The notes under the pieces are model-generated. The model was not told the DNA's origin, ran no database searches, and worked only from the letters and a program-made list of their open reading frames with translations. A DNA stretch of 64,000 nt, taken from contig CAVOQY010000013.1 in assembly GCA_963698465.1 (NCBI GenBank), positions 420,559-484,558 on the forward strand. The letters are read 5' to 3'. This DNA comes from an uncultured delta proteobacterium. GTDB lineage: Bacteria; Desulfobacterota; Desulfobacteria; Desulfobacterales; UBA2156. Numbering within the stretch: the first letter of the stretch is position 1; each line of letters opens with the position of its first letter. Below are positions 20,026 through 28,699 of the stretch, one piece after another. A program made the position numbers and the translations under genes.

Positions 20026-20054
20026 TTGACATCTTCAAAAACTTGAGCTTATCT
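20026..20054 (+). promoter_or_regulatory. Candidate sigma70-type promoter for the small lipoprotein gene
   Basis: TTGACA (20026-20031), 17-nt spacer, TTATCT (20049-20054), about 100 nt upstream of the ATG at 20158. Confidence 0.3.
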
Positions 20055-20157
20055 CTCCGTCTTCCAAGGGAAGGTCCTTTTCCCTTTTGGAGTGGTTCCA
20101 ACGAGAAAAACCGTGAATTCGAGTCGCCCTTAACTTCAACGTGTCAAAGGAGAGAAA

Positions 20158-20445
20158 ATGAAGAACCGGCTAAAAAATTGGGTGGTGGGGATTTGCGCGC
20201 TCGGATGTCTGTTAAGCTGGATCGCTTGCGATTCGAAACCGGGAGGCCAGTCTCCGATGAAGTCCAAGACCCCGGACTTCGGAGCCATCTCCAGCGTTGA
20301 CGGAGGAGGCGAAGAGGAGCCGAAGAAAGCCGAGGCCCCTGCCCTGCAGCCGGCTGACGCTCCCGCCGCAGGAGGTTCAGTATCCAAGGGGGCTGCCGAT
20401 GTTTCGGCCTCTCAGGCAGGCGCCGCCGCGAGCCCTCAGAAATAA
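20158..20445 (+). CDS. Small low-complexity lipoprotein
   Basis: AAGGAG RBS, signal peptide with lipobox LSWIAC, and an Ala/Gly/Pro/Glu-rich mature part. Confidence 0.55.
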   Translation: MKNRLKNWVVGICALGCLLSWIACDSKPGGQSPMKSKTPDFGAISSVDGGGEEEPKKAEAPALQPADAPAAGGSVSKGAADVSASQAGAAASPQK

Positions 20446-20472
20446 CAGGGGGCTTTTCACCAATCCGCGCGG

Positions 20473-21696
20473 CTACGACAGCTCCCGGGAAGCCTCGGCC
20501 ATCAATTTGGCGATGGCCATTTTTTGGGGGCAGCGCTTCTCGGCTTCCGAATAGTCGACGCGTTCCAGGCGCGCACGAACCGTTTCCGGGATTTGCCTGT
20601 AAAGGCGGGCGGCCGTTCCGGGATTCCGATAGCTTCGGCGGTACATCAGATATCTCATGATGTCGCCCACGGGAACCGCTTCCGAAAGCGCCGATTCGCA
20701 AAGAACGGTACACCCCGCGCAGTATTCGGATGCGGTTTCCCGTGCGTGTCGGTCCATGAGTCGCCGATCCGCCGAAGAGAGCCGTGTTTTTTTCACGGCT
20801 GCCTGGACGTTGGCCATCAGCAGCGTCAATGTCGGCATCTGGGAACAGATGCTGGCGATCCGGGGGTCTTCCCACACCGCCATGAGTTTGGCCTGGCCGT
20901 CGGTAAACCCCCTCTCCAGAAAGCGGCCGGCAAGGGCCATCTCCGTTTCCGTGTTGGTCTGCACCGCTCCACCCCCTTGGGTTTTCATGGCGGTGAGTCC
21001 GATCCCGGCCTGGGTGCAGGCCTCCACAGCCCGGCGCATGGCATCCGTTTTCATCAGCCGGTAGTTGTAAGTCATCATGATCCCGTCGATCCACCCCAAT
21101 TTCGGAGCCCCCGACAGGCACGCCTCCATGTTGCTGTGGGTGCTGAAACCGAACAGCCGGATTTTGCCTGAGGATTTGGCCTTTTCCGCCCATTCCCGAG
21201 TGTCTTTCATGGATTCAATATCCCGGATCGCGTGCACGAAGAACAGGTCGACATGATCGGTTTGCATCCGCTCCAGGGAAAGGTCGAGATGCCGGCTCAT
21301 CCCGTTTTGGGTCCAAGATCCTGATTTGGTGACCAGAAAGACCCGCTTTCGATCCTCGGGGTACCGGGAAAAGTATCTCCCGATCCCTTCCTCGCTGCGC
21401 CCCCCGCCGTAGGAATTGGCCGTGTCCCAGTAGGTCACACCCCATTTCAGAGCCTGCTTAAGCAGGAGCTGGTTGCTGGGGATGTCGAACATGCCCCCCA
21501 GGGAAAGTACGGAGACGGAAACTCCGGTTTTTCCAAAGGGTCGTTGGGAGATGGCCAGGGTTTCTTTTTCCTTCCCGGGTGTAGGATTTTCCGGGGTTGA
21601 AGCCTTGGTAAGGGAGGCGCCTGTGGCGGTACAGGCGATTATCCCTGCTGTTTTCAAAAAAGATCTTCTTGTGAGTTTCTTTGGACTTGATGCCAT
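20473..21696 (-). CDS. Tat-exported aldo/keto reductase with a C-terminal Cys-rich (Fe-S-like) extension
   Basis: Twin-arginine leader KLTRRSFLKTAG, AKR core (WDTANSYGGGRSEEGIG, DHVDLFFVHA), and a C-terminal CAGCTVLC...RCP motif. Confidence 0.85.
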   Translation of the reverse strand: MASSPKKLTRRSFLKTAGIIACTATGASLTKASTPENPTPGKEKETLAISQRPFGKTGVSVSVLSLGGMFDIPSNQLLLKQALKWGVTYWDTANSYGGGRSEEGIGRYFSRYPEDRKRVFLVTKSGSWTQNGMSRHLDLSLERMQTDHVDLFFVHAIRDIESMKDTREWAEKAKSSGKIRLFGFSTHSNMEACLSGAPKLGWIDGIMMTYNYRLMKTDAMRRAVEACTQAGIGLTAMKTQGGGAVQTNTETEMALAGRFLERGFTDGQAKLMAVWEDPRIASICSQMPTLTLLMANVQAAVKKTRLSSADRRLMDRHARETASEYCAGCTVLCESALSEAVPVGDIMRYLMYRRSYRNPGTAARLYRQIPETVRARLERVDYSEAEKRCPQKMAIAKLMAEASRELS

Positions 21697-21791
21697 TTCC
21701 TTCCCTTCCTCTTGTTTTTTTAGGGTGTGGGCAAAAGGTTTTTCGACCGCCGGCCATCAACAGCTTTTAGCCTGAAAAGCGACGGGCTCCA

Positions 21792-23759
21792 TCAAGGGGT
21801 TAAGGTTTTGAATCCAGACGGAGTCAGGGCGTGCTTCCTGTGACGGGTTTCATTTTCCGCCGTCACGCGGATGGCTCTCAGCCCGGACACCGGACATTCA
21901 TGCTCGCAGATTCCGCATCCGATGCATCGATCGATGTCCACCCATGGCTGCTGAAGTCGGATTTTGACGAAAAGCCGGCTCCCCGGCGCCGGGGGCACTG
22001 TCCAGGGAAATTCCGGATGAATCTCGATCCGATCGGCCCGGTTTTTAAGGATACGCCGGGGGACGGCATCCCCTGTCCTTTCGGCGATGGCGTAGTAATC
22101 GCCTGTTTCATACCGGCCGGGGATCAACGGAGCTGTATGGAGGACCGCATGAAGCCGGCCGGATTCCCGGACCACCGGAGGATCCAAAAACCGTGGATCC
22201 GCAAAATGCTCCCGGGTGAAGATGGCCTTGGGGCTGACGGGACAGTTTTCCTGGCAGACGATGCAGGGTCTGTCCATGGCCCACGGGAGACATCGACCCC
22301 TGTCGATAAAGGCGGTCCCGATACGCACGGGCCCGATGCCTTCAAAGGCTTTACGCCCGAGGCGCTCATCCAGGCTCAGGGAGCGGATGGCCGAGGTGGG
22401 GCACAGGTGCCCGCAGGCGATGCAGTTGTGCCGGCATCCGCTGCTTCCCATGCGGAAATCGAGAATGGGCGTCCACAATCCTTCCAGGCCCCCCTCCAGT
22501 CCCGCCGGCTGGATGACCTGGGTGGGACAGATACGCATGCACTGGCCGCACTTGATGCAACGGCTTAAGAATTCGCGCTCCGGCAGGGATCCCGGGGGTC
22601 GAACCCGTGACGGGTTCCAATTGGCGGCAAGCCCTCCGCCCGCGCGCACCAGAGGGACCGCCATCACGCCGGAAAGAAGCGACAGCACGAATCCCCTCCG
22701 GGACCAATCGGGCAGGTGGGTCTCCCCCCCTTCGGAGGGATTCGTTCGGTAGGCGATCTGCCGGGTTCGGCAGGCCTTGACGCAGTTGAGACAGAGTACG
22801 CACTCCCCCCAGACGATGCTGGATGAAGGGGCGCAGGCGCCCTCGCAATCGGTTTCGCAGTCCCTGCAGTCGGCACAGGGGTGTTCCGTCTTTCCCACGC
22901 GCCACAAGGAATGTCGCGCCAACAGGCCAAAAAGAGCCCCAAGCGGACAGACATACCGGCAATAGAACCTCGGGATCCAAAGGTTCAGAAAGACCGCGGC
23001 GAAAAAAATCGTTCCGATGAGCCAGGCGCCCTGGTAGGGATGCGAGGCGGCCGACAGCCTCAGGAGGCTCTGATCCAGGGCGGGCAGGAGGATCAAGTTC
23101 ACGGATCTTTGAAAAAGAGGGATGGGGTCCAGGAGGCCGGATTGCAGGGAACCCTGAAACACCTGGGTGTCCTTGAAGACGAGAATCAGCGCGGCCGCGG
23201 CCATGACAGGAAGGATCCAGGCGCTTTTTCTCCGGCGCTTCCGGTAAAGCGCGTGAAGGGTCGCCCCCAATAGGAGCAACAGGAGAGCGCCGGCGGCCGC
23301 CGCCCACGGCAGCCGGGGATCGTTTAAGGGAACATTGGCGAAAAATGCAGGCAACTCCGCCGCAGCCGCGCCGAGCATGAAAAAAAGGATCCAGTACTTG
23401 GCCGCCTGCCATCGGCTGTACCCGTTGACTTCACGCTTCCGGGATCCGGGCTTCCGTCGTCTTCCCAGATAGCCGACGAACTGGTGCAGGGTGCCGAACG
23501 GACAGGCCCATCCGCAAAAAAATCGTCCCAGAAGGATCGTCAGCACCACAGGAATCAGACCCAGGATCAATCCCTGATAAAGCGTCTGAGTGCTCAAAAG
23601 GGTCCCGATCCCCACCAGGGGGTCGAACTCGAGAAAGGCGTTGACCGGCCATCCCCTAAGCTGCCACCAGTTTTCTCCCAGGGAGGTCACAGCGCAGAAG
23701 CCCAAAAAAAGAACCAGGAAAAAAACCTGGCTGATCCGCCTGACGATGAGGATGCTCAT
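21792..23759 (-). CDS. Membrane-bound polyferredoxin, NapH/MauN/NosR-like N-terminal domain plus six 4Fe-4S-type motifs
   Basis: Two membrane-embedded CxxxCP motifs (FFCGWACPFG, FYCRYVCPLG) among TM helices. Six ferredoxin-type motifs follow: CADCRDCETDC, CVLCLNCVKAC, CIKCGQCMRICP, CRHNCIACGHLCP, CIVCQENCP, CIGCGICEHECP. Confidence 0.85.
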   Translation of the reverse strand: MSILIVRRISQVFFLVLFLGFCAVTSLGENWWQLRGWPVNAFLEFDPLVGIGTLLSTQTLYQGLILGLIPVVLTILLGRFFCGWACPFGTLHQFVGYLGRRRKPGSRKREVNGYSRWQAAKYWILFFMLGAAAAELPAFFANVPLNDPRLPWAAAAGALLLLLLGATLHALYRKRRRKSAWILPVMAAAALILVFKDTQVFQGSLQSGLLDPIPLFQRSVNLILLPALDQSLLRLSAASHPYQGAWLIGTIFFAAVFLNLWIPRFYCRYVCPLGALFGLLARHSLWRVGKTEHPCADCRDCETDCEGACAPSSSIVWGECVLCLNCVKACRTRQIAYRTNPSEGGETHLPDWSRRGFVLSLLSGVMAVPLVRAGGGLAANWNPSRVRPPGSLPEREFLSRCIKCGQCMRICPTQVIQPAGLEGGLEGLWTPILDFRMGSSGCRHNCIACGHLCPTSAIRSLSLDERLGRKAFEGIGPVRIGTAFIDRGRCLPWAMDRPCIVCQENCPVSPKAIFTREHFADPRFLDPPVVRESGRLHAVLHTAPLIPGRYETGDYYAIAERTGDAVPRRILKNRADRIEIHPEFPWTVPPAPGSRLFVKIRLQQPWVDIDRCIGCGICEHECPVSGLRAIRVTAENETRHRKHALTPSGFKTLTP

Positions 23760-24745
23760 AATCGCTTGAAATCCAGCTTCCGGTAATCGGCCCTTCCTGC
23801 GCCGGCCGCTTCGGCCTTTCCAATATAGGGAAGATCCTGCGCGGTCTTTCCCAAGAGCTCGGCGCCGCAGGCATCGGCCGCAACCGGGTCCGTGCTCACA
23901 ATGAGGGTGTGGGTGACTTTGAGGTCGGAAAGGGAGCCCCCGGTGGGTCCGTTGGAAACCATGGTGGTGGTGCCGTCCAGGATCACCAGGGTCGGCCGGA
24001 TCATCATGGCCAGTTCCGCGATGATGTCGTGGATCTCCTGATGGAAAAGGTTCCTCCGCCCCCCCAGCAGGCCGTACCAGTTCTTCAGGGTCATGGATGC
24101 GCCGCTTCGATGGTGGTCTTTCACAGGGGTGAGGCCGATCACTTTGTCGATCCCTCTCAACGGCTCCGAAAGCACCGGCCAGTTTCGGATGAGCCGGGCA
24201 CCGGGAACGCTCAAAGGTCTGAACAGGGCCTGCCGGGGGAGAACGACGCGGGCACCCGAGTCTTCGGCGGCCTTTCCGATGCCGGTGAGGGAGAAGCAGC
24301 TGACGGGATCGTTGATGGGATTGTCCGTCACGATGACTTCCCTGGCCCCTGCCTGGAAACTGAGCCGGGTCATGGCTTCCACCAGAAGCGGGTGCGTGGT
24401 TGCCGAAAGGATTGAAGGAGACGCAAAGGCGGCGTTGACTTTTAACAGCACCCTGTCGTTCTTCCGGATAAAGGTTTCAACCCCACCCATGGCCGCCAGG
24501 GCCAAGTCTAATGCCCGGACCCGATCCTTTTCCCGAACCAGTCGGATACGGCCCTCGGTCCCGGATACGGAAAAATCCGGAAACGGCGGGACTTCCGATG
24601 CCGGAAGAAGGGTTTGAGGGCCCTTGGGATCCTGAAATCCGTACCCCAGAGCGCAAGCGGCGGCGATGGAAACACCGGCTTTCAACGAACGGGCCACAAA
24701 ATCCCGTCTATTATATTTTTTTCCTTTTAAATCAATTGTTTTCAT
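23756..24745 (-). CDS. Tat-exported DUF362-family protein
   Basis: Twin-arginine leader YNRRDFVARSLKAG. DUF362-like core (RVLLKVNAAFASP...THPLLVEAM...GAREVIVTDNP). 4-nt overlap with the downstream polyferredoxin gene. Confidence 0.75.
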   Translation of the reverse strand: MKTIDLKGKKYNRRDFVARSLKAGVSIAAACALGYGFQDPKGPQTLLPASEVPPFPDFSVSGTEGRIRLVREKDRVRALDLALAAMGGVETFIRKNDRVLLKVNAAFASPSILSATTHPLLVEAMTRLSFQAGAREVIVTDNPINDPVSCFSLTGIGKAAEDSGARVVLPRQALFRPLSVPGARLIRNWPVLSEPLRGIDKVIGLTPVKDHHRSGASMTLKNWYGLLGGRRNLFHQEIHDIIAELAMMIRPTLVILDGTTTMVSNGPTGGSLSDLKVTHTLIVSTDPVAADACGAELLGKTAQDLPYIGKAEAAGAGRADYRKLDFKRL

Positions 24746-25763
24746 TCAATTTGATCAAGTAGTTATTTAGCCGATTGGCCAGGTCCAGGGCCCTTTTTTT
24801 ATCCGGGGCCTGATGAACGCCGGCCAAGAAAAATCCTTGAGAAAAAATCACCTCCGTTTCCCCCATGACGGAAAGCACCCATACATCATTTTCCGGGAAA
24901 GCATCTGTTTTCAGGAGTTGGGCATCAAAGCGCAGAAGAAACGCATGGTAGGTCTCGGCCAGGGCCTGCGCTTCCCGGGCATCAGCTCTCCTCGAAACAA
25001 ACGCCGTGAATCGGCTTCCGTCGACCTGATATTCGGCGGTGAACACCTTGTCCAGTTTCTCGAAGCCGAAGGCATCGGCTGCGATGAGAACGATGCTTCC
25101 AGGGTCAAGGCCTTCTTTGGGGAAAAGATGCGTTTCGGGGGCTGTTTTTTCCGCTTCCGGAAAAGCCGCCGTCAGGACCTTCCCCAGATCATAAAGCGCC
25201 GACTGCAAACCGGGGTTTTCAGAAGATGCGACAAGTTCCATGTAATATCGGCCCAGGGCGATGAAAAGCGCATTGGACGTTTGGTAGGCAGCCTTCCCCA
25301 GATCCACCGGCAGCGCACCGTCTCTTTTTTGCTGGCTGTAAACGGAAAAAGCCCCCTGGGGCTCGTCCATTTCATAGAGGAAAGCCTCCAACCAGTCGCC
25401 TGCATCCCCTCGATATCGAAACCGGCAAGTCTCCAGTCGGACAAATCCCGCACCCAGATAAAGCTCCGCCTTCCCGTCGATTTTATCCGAGAGCGTTGCT
25501 TCGCTGAAGACTTCCGCATCCGATAAAAATTCGAGATTCTCCGGAAGCGGAAGGCGGGAAAAGACGGAGCCGTCCCGGGTTTCAGACCGCGTTTCCGGAG
25601 CCGGGAATCCGCCGCTCTCCAGGGGGAGGGCCTGTTCCCTCAACAGGGGAAAAAAGCGATACTGCTCGAAAAAAACCCAAAGTGCGATGGCGGTCAAAAC
25701 GCTCAGCAGAAAGACCCCCAGCAGGGTTTCCTTGATTTCGGCGCTTCTCTTGACTGCCGGCAT
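24732..25763 (-). CDS. Hypothetical N-terminally anchored protein, family not recognised
   Basis: 343-aa ORF with a single N-terminal TM helix (LLGVFLLSVLTAIALWVFF). 14-nt overlap with the downstream DUF362 gene. Confidence 0.6.
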   Translation of the reverse strand: MPAVKRSAEIKETLLGVFLLSVLTAIALWVFFEQYRFFPLLREQALPLESGGFPAPETRSETRDGSVFSRLPLPENLEFLSDAEVFSEATLSDKIDGKAELYLGAGFVRLETCRFRYRGDAGDWLEAFLYEMDEPQGAFSVYSQQKRDGALPVDLGKAAYQTSNALFIALGRYYMELVASSENPGLQSALYDLGKVLTAAFPEAEKTAPETHLFPKEGLDPGSIVLIAADAFGFEKLDKVFTAEYQVDGSRFTAFVSRRADAREAQALAETYHAFLLRFDAQLLKTDAFPENDVWVLSVMGETEVIFSQGFFLAGVHQAPDKKRALDLANRLNNYLIKLNENN

Positions 25764-25876
25764 ATCGGATCTTTTTTCTCGAGGATTCCGGTGAAGTTCA
25801 GCACGACTGGATATCTAAGAACAATTCCTAATAACTATAAAGAAACGCCCGCTGGATGTCAAACTTCCAAGCGCCA

Positions 25877-27286
25877 CTATCCAAGGGTGCGAGGGTCCGT
25901 GGTTTTCCGGAGCGCATGCCTGGCCCACAAGGCATAGCCTATCCCCGCGGTTATGAAAAAAAGAGGGAAATAGATCATGGACTTCATGAAAACGGCATTT
26001 TTCAAGGCTTCCTCGTGGAGGAATAACCCGCTTTCCTGGATCGTTTCACGCAACCCGGAAAGGAGGAAGGCATAAAGGAGCCCAACGCAACCGTAGGCCA
26101 GGTTGAATGCAAGCCCCTTGAAACTCAGGACCGTTGCCCTATGGCGGGACGGGGTGATGCGATTGAGGTAGTGGCTCACGAAAAAGCTGGTCATGAAGAG
26201 GGCCGAAAAGAGCGCGGCGACAGGGATAAGCCCGGCATAGGGCAGAAACAGGGGCATGGCGGCCAGGCCCAGCAGGATGACCCCCGCCGTGAGGACCATG
26301 TTGAATTCAGGGGTCCTGCCCCGGGTCAGACGCAGGGCGATTGCCGGGATGAAAAGACCCAGGAGGCTGAGGAAGGATCCGATGAGGCCGAAGGAGGCCT
26401 CGGGAAACCGGATGAGCCGGAAATACTGGCTTGTCAGGGTGACGAGGGTGCGAAGCAGGCTGTCGAAAAGGAACCCGGCGGCGATGACCGCCATTGCAAA
26501 AGGGGTTTTTAGAATCCACTTCCCCGCCCCCAGGGTCAACCGCAGGGCATCCAGAATGGACCTTGCGCAGCCTTTCCCCTCCCTGCATTCCGCATCCGCC
26601 GCCTCGGGGGGGGGTGCCTCCCGCATCCGAAGGGTCGTGAAAAGGGCCAGGAGGGCCATGACAAAAGTCAGTGCCACCGGGAAGCGGAGCGTCGTGGCCT
26701 GGGTGACGGTAAAGGGCAGATTCAGGGCCTCAAGGAGCCATCCCATCATCTCCGGGTCATAGACCGCCGCTCCGAGGGTCATGGTCACCATGAACCCGGT
26801 GGACTGGGTTCGCATTGCGGCCTGGAGGACCCGGCCCCATTCTTCTTCCTCTCCCTGCGCCCTGAGGGAGTCGAAGGCGAGGGCCTCGTCGGCCCCGCTG
26901 GCGGCGGCCTCCGCCGCTCCGCTTAAGACCCGGTTGGCCACGAAAAAGGCAAAAAGAAGGCCGGGATTCCCCCTGGGGGCCAGCAAAAGGACCCCCATCT
27001 CCAGAGTCATGAGTGCTGAGGATGCGACCAGAAGCTTCTTGCGTCCGAGAGTGTCGGCAAGGGCTCCGGAAGGGACCTCCAACATCACGATGGTAACGGC
27101 CCAGACAGCGTTGAGGACGGCAAATTGCGGGAGGGTCAGCCCGAAATCAAGGAAAAGGATCGTAAAAACAGGATAATAAAATCGGGCGTTGAAAAAGAGC
27201 CTGAAGAAAAGGAAATAGCGGACGTTTGGGATGGAAAAAGGGCCCCGGAAAACAAAGCGCCGCTCTCCGGTCCTGCGCCGCATCAC
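25877..27286 (-). CDS. MFS transporter
   Basis: 469 aa, about 12 TM segments, MFS loop motif ADTLGRKKLL. Confidence 0.8.
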   Translation of the reverse strand: MMRRRTGERRFVFRGPFSIPNVRYFLFFRLFFNARFYYPVFTILFLDFGLTLPQFAVLNAVWAVTIVMLEVPSGALADTLGRKKLLVASSALMTLEMGVLLLAPRGNPGLLFAFFVANRVLSGAAEAAASGADEALAFDSLRAQGEEEEWGRVLQAAMRTQSTGFMVTMTLGAAVYDPEMMGWLLEALNLPFTVTQATTLRFPVALTFVMALLALFTTLRMREAPPPEAADAECREGKGCARSILDALRLTLGAGKWILKTPFAMAVIAAGFLFDSLLRTLVTLTSQYFRLIRFPEASFGLIGSFLSLLGLFIPAIALRLTRGRTPEFNMVLTAGVILLGLAAMPLFLPYAGLIPVAALFSALFMTSFFVSHYLNRITPSRHRATVLSFKGLAFNLAYGCVGLLYAFLLSGLRETIQESGLFLHEEALKNAVFMKSMIYFPLFFITAGIGYALWARHALRKTTDPRTLG

Positions 27287-27519
27287 AGGGCCCGGCCTAT
27301 TACGGCGCCATCCCCTTCGAAGACAAAGGAGGTCGGGTCAAGCATGATGTCCCGGTTGTTGAGTCGGAGATGCTTGCGGATAAAGGCCGAAAAGAGCTGC
27401 TGCATGTATCGTACGCATTTTGTCATGGCTGGGGAGCACTCGGAAAGACGCCTTGGGCCTGCGCGCAGGGGGCGAACTTTCCGTCCTTTAAACACGGCGC
27501 CTTCTTCATCCAGCGGCAA
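27283..27519 (-). CDS. Possible small protein (78 aa, non-ATG start), unknown function
   Basis: ORF with a TTG start and a 4-nt overlap with the MFS start. No recognisable family; it could be spurious. Confidence 0.2.
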   Translation of the reverse strand: MPLDEEGAVFKGRKVRPLRAGPRRLSECSPAMTKCVRYMQQLFSAFIRKHLRLNNRDIMLDPTSFVFEGDGAVIGRAL

Positions 27520-27712
27520 GGCATAGATGCCATCCGCAGACGATATTTTTTATAATCCATGCTCCTTTTTTTTTCAACACTCAGTGCCCCCTCTTTCTTT
27601 GGGTCCGAATGGTTTTGACTTTATCTGACCGTTCCTTTATCTTCTTTCATGCTTTAGCGGGTCTCAGTTCCCCCATGCCTGAAATAAAGAAGCTGCAAGG
27701 AGAAATGCCGCC

Positions 27713-28699
27713 ATGCCCTCGTTGACTGTACTCCTCGAAGCCCGACCGTTTTGTGTTTTTGACGACACCCCCATGAAGGAACTCAGTGCTGCAGGGCTCT
27801 CCCTGACCGATTGGAGAGGGTCCGGGATGGGCGACCCCGGTTTCCTGAAGGCCCTGGAAACCGCGGACATCATCTTGTGCGGAAACGACCTCAGGATCGA
27901 CGAAACCCTCCTGGAACGGTGCCCCAGGATGAAAGCGGCGGCCAAGCTGGGGGTGGGTCTTGACACCATCGACATCCAGGCCGCAACCCGCAGGAACGTC
28001 CTGGTTTTCAACACGCCGGGAACCAATACCCAGGCCGTGGCCGACCACACCTTTGCGCTCCTTTTGTCTGTCGCCAGGAAGATTCTCTACTGCGACAAAT
28101 CACTGAGGGAGAGGCGATGGGAGCACACCAAGATCATGGGATTTGAAATCTGGGGAAAGACCCTGGGGTTGATCGGGCTGGGCGCCATCGGCCAGGGGGT
28201 GGCCAAAAGGGCGAAAGGGTTCGATATGAAAGTGGTGGCCTATGACCCCTACTGGCCCGAATCTTTCGCCGGAGAGCAGGGCATCGAAAAAATGGAGGTG
28301 GAGGAACTTCTGAAGGTATCGGATATCGTGAGCATCCATTCCCCCCTCACCCCAGAAAACAAGGGTATGATCAATTCAAAGACCCTGGCCCTCATGAAGC
28401 CGGGCGCCTTTCTCATCAACACGGCTCGAGGGGAAATCGTCCGGGAACCGGACCTGTACCAGGCTCTCAAGAAGAAAACCCTGGCCGGGGCGGGCATCGA
28501 CGTCTTCGAGAACGAACCTCCCTCGGACTCGCCTCTTTTGACGCTGGAAAACGTGGTCCTGACCCCGCACACGGCCGCTTTTACCCAAGACGCCTTGAAG
28601 AACATGAGTCAAAGCATCGCCGAACAGGTCATCGCCTACGCCGGGGGGACCTTGCCCCGGCACGCAGTCAATGCCCAAGCCTGGAAGAAAAACCCGTGA
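27713..28699 (+). CDS. D-isomer-specific 2-hydroxyacid dehydrogenase (phosphoglycerate dehydrogenase-like)
   Basis: NAD-binding GLIGLGAIGQGVA, the catalytic-region motifs NTARG and TPHTAAFT, and an AAGGAG RBS. Confidence 0.85.
   Translation: MPSLTVLLEARPFCVFDDTPMKELSAAGLSLTDWRGSGMGDPGFLKALETADIILCGNDLRIDETLLERCPRMKAAAKLGVGLDTIDIQAATRRNVLVFNTPGTNTQAVADHTFALLLSVARKILYCDKSLRERRWEHTKIMGFEIWGKTLGLIGLGAIGQGVAKRAKGFDMKVVAYDPYWPESFAGEQGIEKMEVEELLKVSDIVSIHSPLTPENKGMINSKTLALMKPGAFLINTARGEIVREPDLYQALKKKTLAGAGIDVFENEPPSDSPLLTLENVVLTPHTAAFTQDALKNMSQSIAEQVIAYAGGTLPRHAVNAQAWKKNP

Noticed and set aside
20144-21193. 349-aa minus-strand ORF, and similar long alternative-frame ORFs (22366-23412, 33238-34215, 48945-50021, 52205-53323, 53446-54465, 56651-57715, 57585-58565)
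   Set aside because: All overlap strongly supported genes in another frame or on the other strand. They have Pro/Arg/Gly-rich translations without motifs.
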